Source of the DNA: Setoptus koraiensis
Lineage: Eukaryota; Animalia; Arthropoda
NCBI GenBank assembly: GCA_048013815.1
Contig: CM106586.1
Span: 1 to 64,000, forward strand
Length of the DNA stretch: 64,000 nt
Direction: 5' to 3'
In this document: piece after piece, positions 24,719-36,345 of the stretch
Layout of the letters: each line of letters opens with the position of its first letter
Numbering within the stretch: the stretch's first letter is position 1
The notes under the pieces: generated by a model
What the model was told of the DNA's origin: nothing
Databases searched by the model: none
The model's input: the letters and a program-made list of their open reading frames with translations, nothing else
Position numbers and translations under genes: made by a program

Positions 24719-25745
24719 ATTTCGATGAAATTTGGCTACCTGATTCTAAAGCTTAGAAATTTGAGTTTGTCAAATAAAAACTGTCGAATCGCAAAAGAGG
24801 TGCAAATTGCTGGCTTGCCTTTCATTGGGTTGAGTCCTATCACCATTTTACTATGCTTGGGTTCTGCAAGTGAAATAACCTCCGCATCAAGCGATCGAGA
24901 CAAATTATATTGCCTACTAATCCTTTATTTATCAAGTTGCCTATGAAGGACAATTCAATATGTAATCAACTATATAATAATCAAGCAATTATAAACCGCC
25001 ATTCCTTCTTCTTGTCGTTGTGGTGAGCATCATATCGTAGATGTAGTTTGAGCTCCTTATGACAGTGGATACTATGAGTTCAATTGTTACAAGCTCAAAT
25101 AATCACTATCGTGGTTATCATACTCATTCAACCATTCATTTTAGAGTGTCTCATGGCACCAGAGACAATTTAATACACATAAGTAGGTGTCGTGATGAGT
25201 AGATATTTTTCTAACTTACTAGCCAGTGAACTGACTCTGTTAGTGGTCTATGAGTTGATCATTTTAGAAATTTGATCACAGCAATTAATGAAGGCTAAAT
25301 ATGATTACAAAACAGATTTCACATTCTAATGTTGATGACAACATGTAGATCGCATAGATATGATATAGGTCTTTTATACTCATTCAGTAGCTCAGCTCTG
25401 ATGTTAACTATGCATATGTTGAACACATGTAAGAAAAATGTAAAGAGGAGGGAAATGGTTACAAATTACTGTCGCTTACACTGTAAACTGTACTTGTGAG
25501 GGACTGAATTACACGATGATTTGTAACAGCGCCAAAGTTATAACATGGTCGTATGTATCATATTGAATACGCATCTGTACGAATTCAGTTGTTATTCTTC
25601 TGGCTACAGTATGGATATCGATATAATTTAATAAACTAGTGTACTCAGATAGTTCAATTAATCTTTCACTCACTCGCATACTTGAGCATAATTGAAGTAA
25701 TTTATTATCACTCAATAATAACACATTAAACAATAGAAATCTACT

Positions 25746-27161
25746 ATGTCACAATCACCAAAGAGCAATGGCCATAGCCAAAGTCCCGAATCTATAGAGA
25801 ATCACGACAGTGGAACAAGCATAAAATATGAATTGAAGAATGTTGCTGAAGAACATGGAGTTGATCCCTTAGAGGATGATGTTGGCACTTCGGCCTCCGT
25901 CCCTCTAAGACCGCCACTAGACAGATACAACATAGTTTATATTATATTACTCATTCACGGCATAGGCACTCTCATGCCTTGGAATATGTTCATCAATGCT
26001 GATAAATACTTTAGAGAATATAAACTTTCGCCTGGACAAGGCAAGGATACTGATGAACTCAAAAGAATCAGAGAGAACTTCTTCTTCTACTTAGGACTAT
26101 CCGCCCAACTACCTAATGTAGTATTCAATGGGCTCAATCTTATATTTAATGTTGGCTCGGGTAATCTAAATCTAAGAGTTAATATTACATTAGTCGTTGA
26201 ATTACTAGTATTTGGACTAACTTTAGCCTTAGTTTTGATAGACACGTCAACATGGTCAGTAGTATTCTTCTACATTACAATTGGTTCTGTGATTGTATTG
26301 AATATGTCTAGCGGTATCTATCAAAATTGTGTCTTCGGAACTGGCGCAAGTTTTCCAGGCAGATACACAAATGCCATACTGATTGGTAACAATTTCAGCG
26401 GTACCTTCACTTCTATCGTCAATCTAATATCGAAAGCACTGATGCCCGATTCGAGATCTTCAGCAACGTTCTATTTCTCCACGGCCTCATTTGTAATAAT
26501 AACATGCTTGATAACGTACAATTACCTGCCTTCAAATCAATTCTACAGCCATTACAGAAAAACTACTCAAAATACCCAGTCCAATGTCGAAGAGGCCAAA
26601 TCAGAAGATGTTCTATTTGTTACTCCCACCAAGTTATCAGTTCTGTCTAAATGCTGGCCTCAATGTCTGAATATTTTTATAACTTTCTATGTGACATTGA
26701 CATTATTCCCCAACGTTCTTTCTAATATTAATCTAAACTCATCGGAAGCCAAGCTAGGATTATCGGATGACAATCTAGTTGATGTTGGATGCTTTTTTGT
26801 TTTCAACTTCACCGCTTTGTTGGGAAACATTCTAGCCTCATACACAAATTGGCCTGGAAAGGAACGAACTTGGATAATGGTGTTTGCGAGATTTATCTTT
26901 ATCCCAATATTTGTGAGTTTCGACTTCCTCCATGATTCTAGAAAGCTACCAGTCTTGTTGAACAACTATGCTCTGTATGTTTTCACGAATGCTATATTCG
27001 GTCTCAGTGGTGGATATCTTAGTAGTATATGCATGATATTTGCCTCACAGGGACTTAAAAAATCTGAAGCTCCTGTGGCGGGTATGATAGCGTCCTTTTT
27101 CCTAGTCCTAGGTATATTTGTCGGCATTAATACGTGGACGATACTCAAGTGGATAGTCTAA
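25746..27161 (+). CDS. Equilibrative nucleoside transporter (SLC29/ENT), intronless, 471 aa
   Basis: DRYNIVYIILLIHGIGTLMPWNMFINA, FPGRYTNAILIGNNFSG, FYVTLTLFP and FGLSGGYLSS motifs; about 11 TM segments. Confidence 0.93.
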   Translation: MSQSPKSNGHSQSPESIENHDSGTSIKYELKNVAEEHGVDPLEDDVGTSASVPLRPPLDRYNIVYIILLIHGIGTLMPWNMFINADKYFREYKLSPGQGKDTDELKRIRENFFFYLGLSAQLPNVVFNGLNLIFNVGSGNLNLRVNITLVVELLVFGLTLALVLIDTSTWSVVFFYITIGSVIVLNMSSGIYQNCVFGTGASFPGRYTNAILIGNNFSGTFTSIVNLISKALMPDSRSSATFYFSTASFVIITCLITYNYLPSNQFYSHYRKTTQNTQSNVEEAKSEDVLFVTPTKLSVLSKCWPQCLNIFITFYVTLTLFPNVLSNINLNSSEAKLGLSDDNLVDVGCFFVFNFTALLGNILASYTNWPGKERTWIMVFARFIFIPIFVSFDFLHDSRKLPVLLNNYALYVFTNAIFGLSGGYLSSICMIFASQGLKKSEAPVAGMIASFFLVLGIFVGINTWTILKWIV

Positions 27162-27268
27162 TATTGTTATACTGTATGAGATCAATAAATCTTTGTAGTT
27201 GATAATTTATTTTGGTACTTTCAATAACATAATACAAGTAAATCGATATAATTATTTCTGAATGATAG

Positions 27269-28038
27269 CTAATCATTAGTGACGCTATTTGTGTTCCTAA
27301 TTCTTAGAACCTCCAAATCTGATTGGTCGACAAGTTTAAACTCTTCATTGAATAACACTAAGTGTGCAAATATACAGTTAAGATGGGGATGAAGGCTGAG
27401 CTCGTATATCTCTCTGAAATGAGAATGGTAAATGTGTGCCAGAACATGAAATAACAATTGATGCATCTTTTTGATGACTTGATCGAAATTGAACGGGAAA
27501 TCTTTGCCAAATTTAGTTGGGAATATGCACTCGTCATTGACAGTCTTCTGTATGTAAGTCATAACATAATCAATGTAGTGAGGGGCCGCCAACTTTAATC
27601 TTTTTCCTTTTTCATCTTGCCACAAATAAAGCCTGTATGTTGAGACAAAATAGAAATAAGAAAGAGTTAACAAAATAGATATTGTGTCATGGTGAAAGAA
27701 TTGTCGAGTCACTCTAATTACCTGTTTCCTGGTCCAATCATATCCGGACATCCGCCAACAGTACAAAATTCTGATATAATTCCATATAGTACATTGATGT
27801 TCTCAAAGAAAGATATGGTCTGAGAAGCCAACCATTCGTTTTGGTCAACATATTTGGGCAGTACCACTAGATCTTTGAGCTTGGATTCCGGTATAAGAAG
27901 ATTAAGGAGGTTTACATCTTGCAAATATTCCTTAGTTGCCTCTTGTGGGCTCGTTACTTGATTACTGGTGTCTTTAGTATCGCGGCGTCTGGTTTTTCCC
28001 ATTAGCCAATTGAATGTCTCTCTTAGATATTCCGACAT
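27269..28038 (-). CDS. MOB2: MOB kinase activator 2-like; exons 28038-27722 and 27632-27269, about 226 aa
   Basis: LVVLPKYVDQNEWLAS, CPDMIGPGNR|LYLWQDEKGKR, APHYIDYVMTY, IFPTKFG, HVLAHIYHSHF. The 89-nt GTAATT...TACAG intron restores the frame. Confidence 0.9.
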
Positions 28039-28325
28039 AGTCGTTCTTTTTTATGGTACTTCAACAATAATGGTTGTTGATAAAGACTAATAATATCTCA
28101 ATGAGTAACTTAAGAATAAAAAGGGTATATTATAGACACATAACGCATGAACATCAATTCGTCGAATTGAACAGCTGTGCGGTCCGCCTCCAAATTCAGT
28201 TTTCTGACGTGGATTCAAACTGGCTTTACCACTAACAACAATAAATGTTATTATTATTTATTACATTATTTATACATTTTGTTATTTATTTTTACAATAC
28301 TTTACTAAATCTTTTCAAACTGACA

Positions 28326-29807
28326 ATGTTTATGCAAGCTGTCATCTTGGCCGCTGGAAGCGGTAGTCGCTTGACTGAATTGACAAACGATAAACCGAAA
28401 TGTTTATTACCAGTCGGTAATAATTGTCTCATCTGGTACGCCATAACTAGCTTGAAAGAGGCCGGTATAGGCAAAATCATCTGTCTTATTCCTGATGTCC
28501 ACGAAAACGAAATCAAACAGTATTGTCACAAAAAGTTTTCCTCTTTCAAGAATTTAGAGCTCACCTTTCAAATAGTACCCATGCAAGATAACTGTGGTAC
28601 AGCGGAGAGTTTACTGACAATCAAAGATAAGATTCGCGGAGACTTCCTTGTATTTAGTTGCGACACTATTGTTGATCCATCCGCCATAATCAATTTAATC
28701 AATCAGTACCGCCTCTATGATCCATCTCTATCAGTTTTGCTATCCGATGATGAACCTCAGCCTTTGCAAATACAAGTTCCTGGAGGGAAGGAAAAAGAAG
28801 GAACGGTCCGGGATATAATTGCTTTGGATAACTTGGACAGATTTTGCTCTGTAGACGAAAGTCTACCTCAGATAAGCAAGATAGTTCTATTTAGTTCTGC
28901 TCGAGATCTTGATGATGTCATCAAAGTCAAACAAGGTATATTTTCCCTGCATCCAAACCTAAGGGTTTACTCAAGGTTTCTTGATGCACATGTCTACATC
29001 TTCAAGAGAAGTCTTCTCGATATGATAGAACAAAATAAATCTAAAACCACTTTGAAAGGCGAAATATTACCTCTTCTGATTGCCAAACAATTCACTTGGT
29101 CTAAAGTCGAAGTTGAACAGGAAGACGATGAAATCAATCGACCATCTAATCTAGATATTGTAGATTATGAAAATGAATTAAACAAAAAATTGAATCAGAT
29201 AAGTCCAGAAAATTTAGATGAACTCAGTGCAACAAATTTTATTAGCTGTCATGCAATGATTCTGAAGAATACACTCTGTTTGAGAGCGAATAGTATAGGA
29301 GCATTCGTGGAGTGCAATCGCCGTGCGAAGGCAATTTTAGCAAAGTTCAAACCCAAAGTAAATGCAGTCAAGGCAGTCCTCCCAAAAAATCTACATGAAT
29401 TGGAGGGCAAGAATCTGGCAACATCTGAAGAGACGCCAGTGGTAGAGACAAAACTAAAGTCGAAGCCAAGTGCCGACTGTACCATAGGAGACAGCTTGAT
29501 AACAGGTGAAAAGTGCACAATCAAGAAGAGTTGCATTGGTAACAATTGTAAAATAGGAGACAAAGTAAAGATTATTGATTCAATAATTATGGACAACGTT
29601 GAGATAGATTCAAATGTCAATATCACCGGAAGTATAGTTGGAACTGGAGTCAAAATAGCTACCAAGTGCGACTTGAAAGCTTGCATAGTAGGAGCGAGAC
29701 AAATAGTATCTGCATCGTGTAAATTTTCCAATGAAGTTGTCATGGATGACAAGTACATGATAGATTTGAGTGATCCTATAGATGAAGACGATATCTACGC
29801 GAAATAA
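28326..29807 (+). CDS. EIF2B3: Translation initiation factor eIF2B subunit gamma, intronless, about 493 aa
   Basis: MQAVILAAGSGSRL...KPKCLLPVGN nucleotidyl-transferase-like N-domain, DAHVYIFK, and a C-terminal hexapeptide left-handed beta-helix (IKKSCIGNNCKIGDKVKI). Confidence 0.92.
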   Translation: MFMQAVILAAGSGSRLTELTNDKPKCLLPVGNNCLIWYAITSLKEAGIGKIICLIPDVHENEIKQYCHKKFSSFKNLELTFQIVPMQDNCGTAESLLTIKDKIRGDFLVFSCDTIVDPSAIINLINQYRLYDPSLSVLLSDDEPQPLQIQVPGGKEKEGTVRDIIALDNLDRFCSVDESLPQISKIVLFSSARDLDDVIKVKQGIFSLHPNLRVYSRFLDAHVYIFKRSLLDMIEQNKSKTTLKGEILPLLIAKQFTWSKVEVEQEDDEINRPSNLDIVDYENELNKKLNQISPENLDELSATNFISCHAMILKNTLCLRANSIGAFVECNRRAKAILAKFKPKVNAVKAVLPKNLHELEGKNLATSEETPVVETKLKSKPSADCTIGDSLITGEKCTIKKSCIGNNCKIGDKVKIIDSIIMDNVEIDSNVNITGSIVGTGVKIATKCDLKACIVGARQIVSASCKFSNEVVMDDKYMIDLSDPIDEDDIYAK

Positions 29808-29860
29808 TGTTTATCGTGTCAATAAAGCTAAGTTCGGATAAAGATCAATTTATTTACTCC

Positions 29861-31648
29861 TCATGCATTGTTATCAACAACCATCTGTTTTACAACTTTC
29901 CAATCCATCAATATTGGTTCGACACATCTGTTATCTGCACTAATCAAAACTTCATCAAGTAATGCCGATACTACATTTTCGTCGGACACAAATCGAGACA
30001 GATTAGTCTGTAAATAGTATGAGTCCATCTGAATCTGTTGAAAACCATACTTACTAAATGTGGATAGACGAACACCCTCGATTAATGTTTTGAGCACTAT
30101 ACGAATCACGCCAGTCATAATGGCTCTTCTCGAAAATTCAACGGCACTAAATATTTCAATCCTCTCTGAGAACAATCTCTTGATATTAGTAATCAATGTG
30201 TCAGCCAAGCTCGCGTTTTTTCTATTGTGAGCTTTGGTGTTCTGATGATTATAGATAAAATCTATGCTACGCTCAATTTTGTTACCAGTTTCGTAGTACT
30301 GTCCCACCTGATTATCGATCAGTATGAGATCTTCTAGCAATCCTCTCATTATCGGCCTGAATGCTTTAGGTTCATGATTACTGAACCAATCCCGCTGCTC
30401 GATGCTCTTCCGCACAACATGTGAAAGTGTTTGCCCTTGTTCGTTTACATAATTATTAAGAAGCTCATGAGCAGTGTCCCTGGAATAGTCTGCAAGAGTT
30501 TGTGCGAAATCTGTATTAGTTACTAATGGCGTTATAAGTAGACGATCCATATCGTAACAGAATCTAGACATAGTCAACTGATTGAATGCTACCGAGTTGG
30601 TAAGATCATTTTGATCGTTCTTGTTTTGATCACGATGCTTGCTCGTTTCTCTGAATTGATTTAGACAGAATTGAAAAAATCCAACAACTACTCTCTCCCG
30701 TATTTGATTCTTAGATAGAAATATATCGCATCCTTGATCTAGGTTCAACTCTTCAATGTCCTTTGAGCATTGATTTATAATAACAGTGATCAATTCAGTT
30801 AGTGACTCCGGTGTTGGACTTGTTTGAAATGAAGAAGCAGTATTGGATAGATCTAACATGGCCACATCTATTGATACGGGCGTTATCATGGAATCTTGAA
30901 CTTCTAATGACTTATCGATAGCTGCTTTGTGAAGTGTCAAAGACCTTGAATATGGTAATGTTGTTTGTTGAAAGTTTTGCAAGAAAGCATTATATTGTGT
31001 TTTCATGCGAGATAGATATTGATCAACAATGATGCCCAAAAATGTTTGCGGTGTAGTCTCGTTTAATTTACATAGCATTACCATAATATCTATCGATTGT
31101 TGCGGCAACAAATCTTTATTGATCTTCAATTGTTCATAAAGTTTTGCTTTTAGTTTGTCTCCCATACTATTGCATTCGTCATTTATTGATTTTAATGATG
31201 GATACTGACGACATTGGTCCAATAATGTATGGGCATAGATATAATATTTGACGGCTTCTTGGAACTTGCCAACCTCAATCAATGAATTCATATTGGAAGG
31301 GAATTCAAATAGAAATTGTAGCCTCTTTAAAATTTTAGAAGTAGAGGATAGCTTGGACAAATTGACGCGTTTGTCTGATAAGTTTGTCGAGACTCTATTA
31401 CTTTGTTGTGTTATCTCTTTCATATTGTCAGATAGTAGATTCAATTCTAGTTCCATTTGATCAAAATTATTGCTCATCTGACGAATGGTTTGCGCCGCAT
31501 TGATTAGTTTATTATAATTTTCATATAATAGAGTATGCATTTCGCTTTCTAGCATACGTATTTGTTTGTATAATTTGACTTCTTCATCCATGAGCTTGTT
31601 AAGATTATTATTTTTGATAAGACCGTCAACAAACGCCTCAATGTCCAT
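29861..31648 (-). CDS. VPS51: GARP/EARP complex subunit Vps51, intronless, 595 aa
   Basis: QIRMLESEMHTLLYENYNKLINAAQTIRQM at the N-terminus; RLFSERIEIF and RLSTFSKYGFQQIQMDSYYL at the C-terminus. Confidence 0.92.
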   Translation of the reverse strand: MDIEAFVDGLIKNNNLNKLMDEEVKLYKQIRMLESEMHTLLYENYNKLINAAQTIRQMSNNFDQMELELNLLSDNMKEITQQSNRVSTNLSDKRVNLSKLSSTSKILKRLQFLFEFPSNMNSLIEVGKFQEAVKYYIYAHTLLDQCRQYPSLKSINDECNSMGDKLKAKLYEQLKINKDLLPQQSIDIMVMLCKLNETTPQTFLGIIVDQYLSRMKTQYNAFLQNFQQTTLPYSRSLTLHKAAIDKSLEVQDSMITPVSIDVAMLDLSNTASSFQTSPTPESLTELITVIINQCSKDIEELNLDQGCDIFLSKNQIRERVVVGFFQFCLNQFRETSKHRDQNKNDQNDLTNSVAFNQLTMSRFCYDMDRLLITPLVTNTDFAQTLADYSRDTAHELLNNYVNEQGQTLSHVVRKSIEQRDWFSNHEPKAFRPIMRGLLEDLILIDNQVGQYYETGNKIERSIDFIYNHQNTKAHNRKNASLADTLITNIKRLFSERIEIFSAVEFSRRAIMTGVIRIVLKTLIEGVRLSTFSKYGFQQIQMDSYYLQTNLSRFVSDENVVSALLDEVLISADNRCVEPILMDWKVVKQMVVDNNA

Positions 31649-32456
31649 GTTGATTAGCCTTGGTGTCGATGGCCGCCAATTGGCCGCAATCCCCTATAAA
31701 CAACAACAATTATAGATGTGACTAGATACTATTTTTGATGCACTCAGATAAGTTGCAGATGCAAATTAATAGTAATTATGATGATACTAATGATTGATTT
31801 TGATCTTATACTACATAGAAATAGTAATAATAATAAATAATTTACAGTGTTAATAATATTGTTGTTACTGCCGCTATTCCTGTTTATGTCTAGTAACCGG
31901 ACAAAAAGTTTACTGTAGTTTTTCAGTACATCTGTTATTTGTTTTGTTTTACACACGCACACACTCACATAGTGCCGGTGGATAGACTGCGCGCTTAGGC
32001 GCGTATTTTGATTCCGAATCAAATCAGATTGGCGAGTCCGAGTGAACTCTATCTATCTCCCCTATAGTCCTCTATGCACCGCGACGCACCACAGAGCATG
32101 CGCATTGAGGCAATTTTGTCATTGGCCATCATTAGCATATCTTTCTCAACCGCTAGATCCCCCGCCAGATAAATCGAATGAGTAAAGTCGAATGACGCAT
32201 CCGCTACGACAATTGTTGTGACCGCGCGCTATTGATTACTTCCCCAAAGTTGCCGATGACCACCATTTGTGGCCATATATAAGAGGGTACAATCGTTTAA
32301 CCGGACACTATCGATTTTGTGCACCAGTTGATCGACATCCAATAGCGATTGTATCCTACCATCCAACTAAACAAAATCATCGCATCCCAACCCAACTCAT
32401 TACATACCATCAACTATCATCAACAATCGCACTCACTTAAGACAATATTCGTCGAA

Positions 32457-32870
32457 ATGCACAAAATCCTCCTGCCATTGAAAAAGAGATACGTCGAGCA
32501 ACAAGAACCTTTGGACCTAACAGTACCGCCACCACCTCGTCCTGTAAGCGAGAAACAAAAAGCGAAACAACGAAGACAAAAGATCAAAGCATCTGGAAAA
32601 TACACTTGTCTCGAATGCAAGAAAAGTTTTGTACAGATGTCCTCGTTAATAACTCACCAACGAATCCACACCGGAGAGAGGCCATACAAATGTAAAGACT
32701 GCAACAACACTTATGGAGATTTGTCAACTTTTACCAAACATCGACGTATACATTCTGGAGAAAAGCCATACAAGTGTAGAATATGTGCAAGACCTTTCAG
32801 TCAGAGTGGCAATTGTTTAAGACACGTTCGCAGTGTACACAAAGCAAAATCAAACAAAAAAATGAATTAA
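32457..32870 (+). CDS. Small 3-finger C2H2 protein resembling Glass fingers 3-5, with a PLDLT CtBP-binding motif, about 137 aa
   Basis: Fingers CLEC..QMSSLITH, CKDC..DLSTFTKH and CRIC..QSGNCLRH with TGERP/SGEKP linkers. First ATG is at 32457; the ORF track starts at an upstream TTG. Confidence 0.85.
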   Translation: MHKILLPLKKRYVEQQEPLDLTVPPPPRPVSEKQKAKQRRQKIKASGKYTCLECKKSFVQMSSLITHQRIHTGERPYKCKDCNNTYGDLSTFTKHRRIHSGEKPYKCRICARPFSQSGNCLRHVRSVHKAKSNKKMN

Positions 32871-33900
32871 TAATAAATAAACTCTTCATGATTCAGTCAA
32901 AGTTGGATGACTTCTAATTATAAAATATAAATATGTGCCTCATGATTATATATATCTCTCTCTCCCTCTCTTTCTCGCTTTCTCTCTTCCTCGTGACATT
33001 TGATCGGTATCTCCAATCTAGCACAAAGATTTCTGATCTTTGCCAGCAACTTGTTAGATTCTTTTCTTTGGGGTCATCACTTTGTAATCAAGTTTCGTCA
33101 TAGGAACCTCTATAATTTTGTGTATTAGAGATTCCTTCTTTTCATTCAGCAAGACACAATTGCTCACTCAGCGTAGCAGAACGAGGACACCAATTCACAG
33201 AGAAAGGCTGAATATAGACCACATAATCAGTATAATATAGTAAAGTAATAAACTATCCAGAAATCTGTAGCCTGAGAGTCTGTTGTAAGTTTCGTCAGAA
33301 ACAGGTAGTCAGGCTTTTAGTCCCAACCGGTAAGCGGTCCTAACCGTATTAGATTAGACTTTGAACTTGGCCGATTTCAAACAAAAGATTCGAAGACTAG
33401 TTGATAGTCTCCAAACTAGTCGATTGTTGATAGTCATAGTATCACAATCGCCTGACTTGCGAGATTACGGGTGCTGATAGTTTAACACGCACGTTGAATC
33501 CTTTTAAAATTCCTTCAAAACGACCAAAAACTTGTAAACAATTTTGTCGGTAGTGCCAGCCTAGAAACAATATTCAATTGCAAAGCCGCGTCAATTTAGT
33601 AGCCACATATCGCGGTCGTAGCGAGCTCTGTGCGAGTGAGGTAAATTTAGTATATAAGTAGAAACACGCGGAATTAATCCTTATCATCTTGATCTTGTGA
33701 GTAAATTGAGATTTTATTTACAGAGGTTATTTCGGTCAACATCAATTTACCGTGCACAAACAACAAAATTATCGAGCCAATCAGTCTGGCTGTGTAGACA
33801 TCACACAAATAATAGCGTGATTTTTAATCCTGCTTAAGACCAATTGGCCAGGTACAATTAAAAATACCGTGTGTGCATTGTCTTTCTCATCAGTGAAAAC

Positions 33901-34794
33901 CTATTTACTATAGACCCACCGAGCAATCTGGTTACTAAGGAGAGATAGGCCAGTAAAGCTATACATCAACCATAGAATAGATTTACTTTCTTGTTTTGGT
34001 TCGTCGGCACTGTTGGTCACAACCCTCAAACCCAAATGTTCCATTATAATACGGATCATGGCATCGATGTTTTCGATTCTCTCGTGGATTTTTCCTAGCT
34101 CTTCTCTTTCAATGTGACCATCGGTGTCACAGATGGACTCTCGCTCGGAACTGCTCATCGATTGAGGACTTTTCTCCATTTGCTCAAGTTTCCCAACATG
34201 ATCTTTAATCATTTTTAGATTTTTTGAATTATTCTGTGATATAAGCCATATAATGGCAGTCACTATTGAGCAAACAAAACCAAGATATCTTGTTTTATCT
34301 AGCCTAGCTATTTCAAGCTCGTGGCTTCTTCGTAAAAGTTTGGAAAAGTTATCGAAACTTTCTTCTTCATGCCTTTGAAGCTTGTGGAGGTTCTCAGTTA
34401 GACCACACTCATCTTTAACTAATTTATGTTCCTTAGTTATAAGATCTAAGAATGCATCGCTGGTTCTTTGAGTTGCGTCTATTTTGGCTTTTAATTCACG
34501 GATGTTCTGGTGAAGTCTTTCCACCTGAATCTGCGCCTGTTTTCTTCGTTTTGTTGCATTAACATATTCTTCTTCTGCTTTAATCACATCTTCTTGATTG
34601 CGTCGCAAGCCAGCTATACCAAATATCTCCTCATATAGGTTGTTGTATTTGTGAATCAGAGGATATAATTTTTTGAGCAGATTGCCAGGATACGATGCTT
34701 CATTGTTGACCGACTTATTTATCACATGATTATTACTGTGGGGCCCTTTAAATAGTTTCAGGGAGCCACTTAACGATTTGAAACGATTCAACAT
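33901..34794 (-). CDS. CCDC51: CCDC51 (mitochondrial coiled-coil inner-membrane protein, She9/Mdm33-like), about 297 aa
   Basis: YEEIFGIAGLRRNQEDVIKAE, FLDLITKEHKL, LLRRSHELEIARLDKTRYLGFVCSIV followed by TM segments. Likely start MLNRFK at 34794. Confidence 0.82.
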   Translation of the reverse strand: MLNRFKSLSGSLKLFKGPHSNNHVINKSVNNEASYPGNLLKKLYPLIHKYNNLYEEIFGIAGLRRNQEDVIKAEEEYVNATKRRKQAQIQVERLHQNIRELKAKIDATQRTSDAFLDLITKEHKLVKDECGLTENLHKLQRHEEESFDNFSKLLRRSHELEIARLDKTRYLGFVCSIVTAIIWLISQNNSKNLKMIKDHVGKLEQMEKSPQSMSSSERESICDTDGHIEREELGKIHERIENIDAMIRIIMEHLGLRVVTNSADEPKQESKSILWLMYSFTGLSLLSNQIARWVYSK

Positions 34795-35699
34795 GATAGA
34801 CAATGACGGATACTCTTGTTGAATCAAAACGTAAACAAAACAAAAAATCGCAGTTCTCACTTTTCTCTCGAGTGCCATGTGTTTTATTGGAAGCACGTAC
34901 TGCAGGCGAAAAGCCACCCGCTATTGCCTGAACCTCACCATATGACAACAGATGATAGTTACAGTATCGCACACGAGGATATTCGCAGCTCACCGTTGAC
35001 AGTTGCGATGCAAAGTTAACATGAAGAAAATGAAAACGAAAATTGGAAGTTCGATAACGATAAGATAATGGTAGCCATTGAATCGAGAAAAGATTAATAA
35101 TTCAGTCTTCGAAACTGCTGTCAGCCGCTGACAGTCATCGAGGGAATTCCAATTTGGCGCTTCAGAGATTACCTAACAACGGGTAACCTTCCCTCGATAA
35201 CATCTTGATGGCAAATATTTTTCTCAGATTGACGAAATGTCCTTGTTAAAATAAAATTCGCTATTTTATGACAAGACTTAACACTAGTGCAAAAATAATG
35301 GAGCCCGAAAAAGATGCGGAAAAATGTGCCCATCTTTAGCTTTTTCATGTTCACATTTCATGAAATAAAGCGTCCATAGTATCGGGATTAGTTGTGCAGT
35401 AAACGCAGTGTTTATGAAATACTTGTGAAATATTCCAGATACTAGTTCGAGAATGAGCAATAGTTCCTTGACCTGTTCTCTAGTTCGTGCTGTAGATGAG
35501 AAAAAAAAAATACCAGGTCATGAGCCTGTCAAAATGACCAATTCATAGATGAGATCATTTAAACGCTCTCAAATCAGCCTATCAGTCCTTTATTCGTTCT
35601 TTCAGTAAACGAACAAGATGATGTTATGTAATAGCCCCTTAAATTCTGTTACTGTCTTTATTTAAATTGTCTACACTTCAACCATATTTGTTACTCACT

Positions 35700-36266
35700 A
35701 TGTTGAGTACTATTTACAGGGCAGGATTCCTTCCTTCATTGGGGTATAATATTGTTTTAAATAAATTGAATATAAGAGAATGGCATAACAGAATCAACGA
35801 CAAGATCATATTAGGTGCATTGCCATTTAAATCCGGACTAGATCATTTAATAAATGAAGAATCTGTCGCAGGGGTAGTTTCCATGAATGAAAATTTTGAG
35901 CTTACATGGCTAAGGAGATGGGTCTGCAATAGAGAGGACTGGTTGGAGAATAATGTGAAATTTTTACAGTTACAAACCCAAGATATATTTGAGACACCGT
36001 CGCAGGATAAATTAAAAGCAGGAGTTGAATTTATTATGTCTTTCGATGAAAATCCAAATCAATGTGTATATATTCATTGTAAGGCAGGTAGAACTCGCAG
36101 TGCCACTTTAGCTGCTTGTTATCTAATGAAAAAAAATAATTGGACCCCAGAGCAAGCGTATGAGCTTCTAAAATCCAAGAGACCTCAAACTGCATTGCAC
36201 AAGCCACAATGGGAGGCCATGAGACTTTTCTATACGGAACAAATTCAAGGTGATCATAATGAATAA
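35700..36266 (+). CDS. PTPMT1: Mitochondrial phosphatidylglycerophosphatase / dual-specificity phosphatase PTPMT1, about 188 aa
   Basis: WHNRINDKIILGALPF, GVVSMNENFEL, and the active-site loop YIHCKAGRTRSATL. Confidence 0.93.
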   Translation: MLSTIYRAGFLPSLGYNIVLNKLNIREWHNRINDKIILGALPFKSGLDHLINEESVAGVVSMNENFELTWLRRWVCNREDWLENNVKFLQLQTQDIFETPSQDKLKAGVEFIMSFDENPNQCVYIHCKAGRTRSATLAACYLMKKNNWTPEQAYELLKSKRPQTALHKPQWEAMRLFYTEQIQGDHNE

Positions 36267-36345
36267 ATTTTCACATTTCAAAATAGAATCATCACAATGG
36301 TTGTATCTGAAAGCATAGTTTGGAGTCAAATCTATTCAACTTTGC

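Noticed and set aside
23515-29758. Antisense ORFs such as 23515-23808, 26687-26965, 28292-28516 and 29249-29758
   Set aside because: Shadow frames of well-supported genes on the opposite strand.
35169-35354. 61-aa ORF between CCDC51 and PTPMT1
   Set aside because: Short, no recognised family, and it lies in a presumptive promoter; unsupported without expression data.
35550-35559. 10-nt match to the bantam miRNA 5' end (TGAGATCATT)
   Set aside because: The rest of the mature sequence diverges and there is no adequate hairpin partner.
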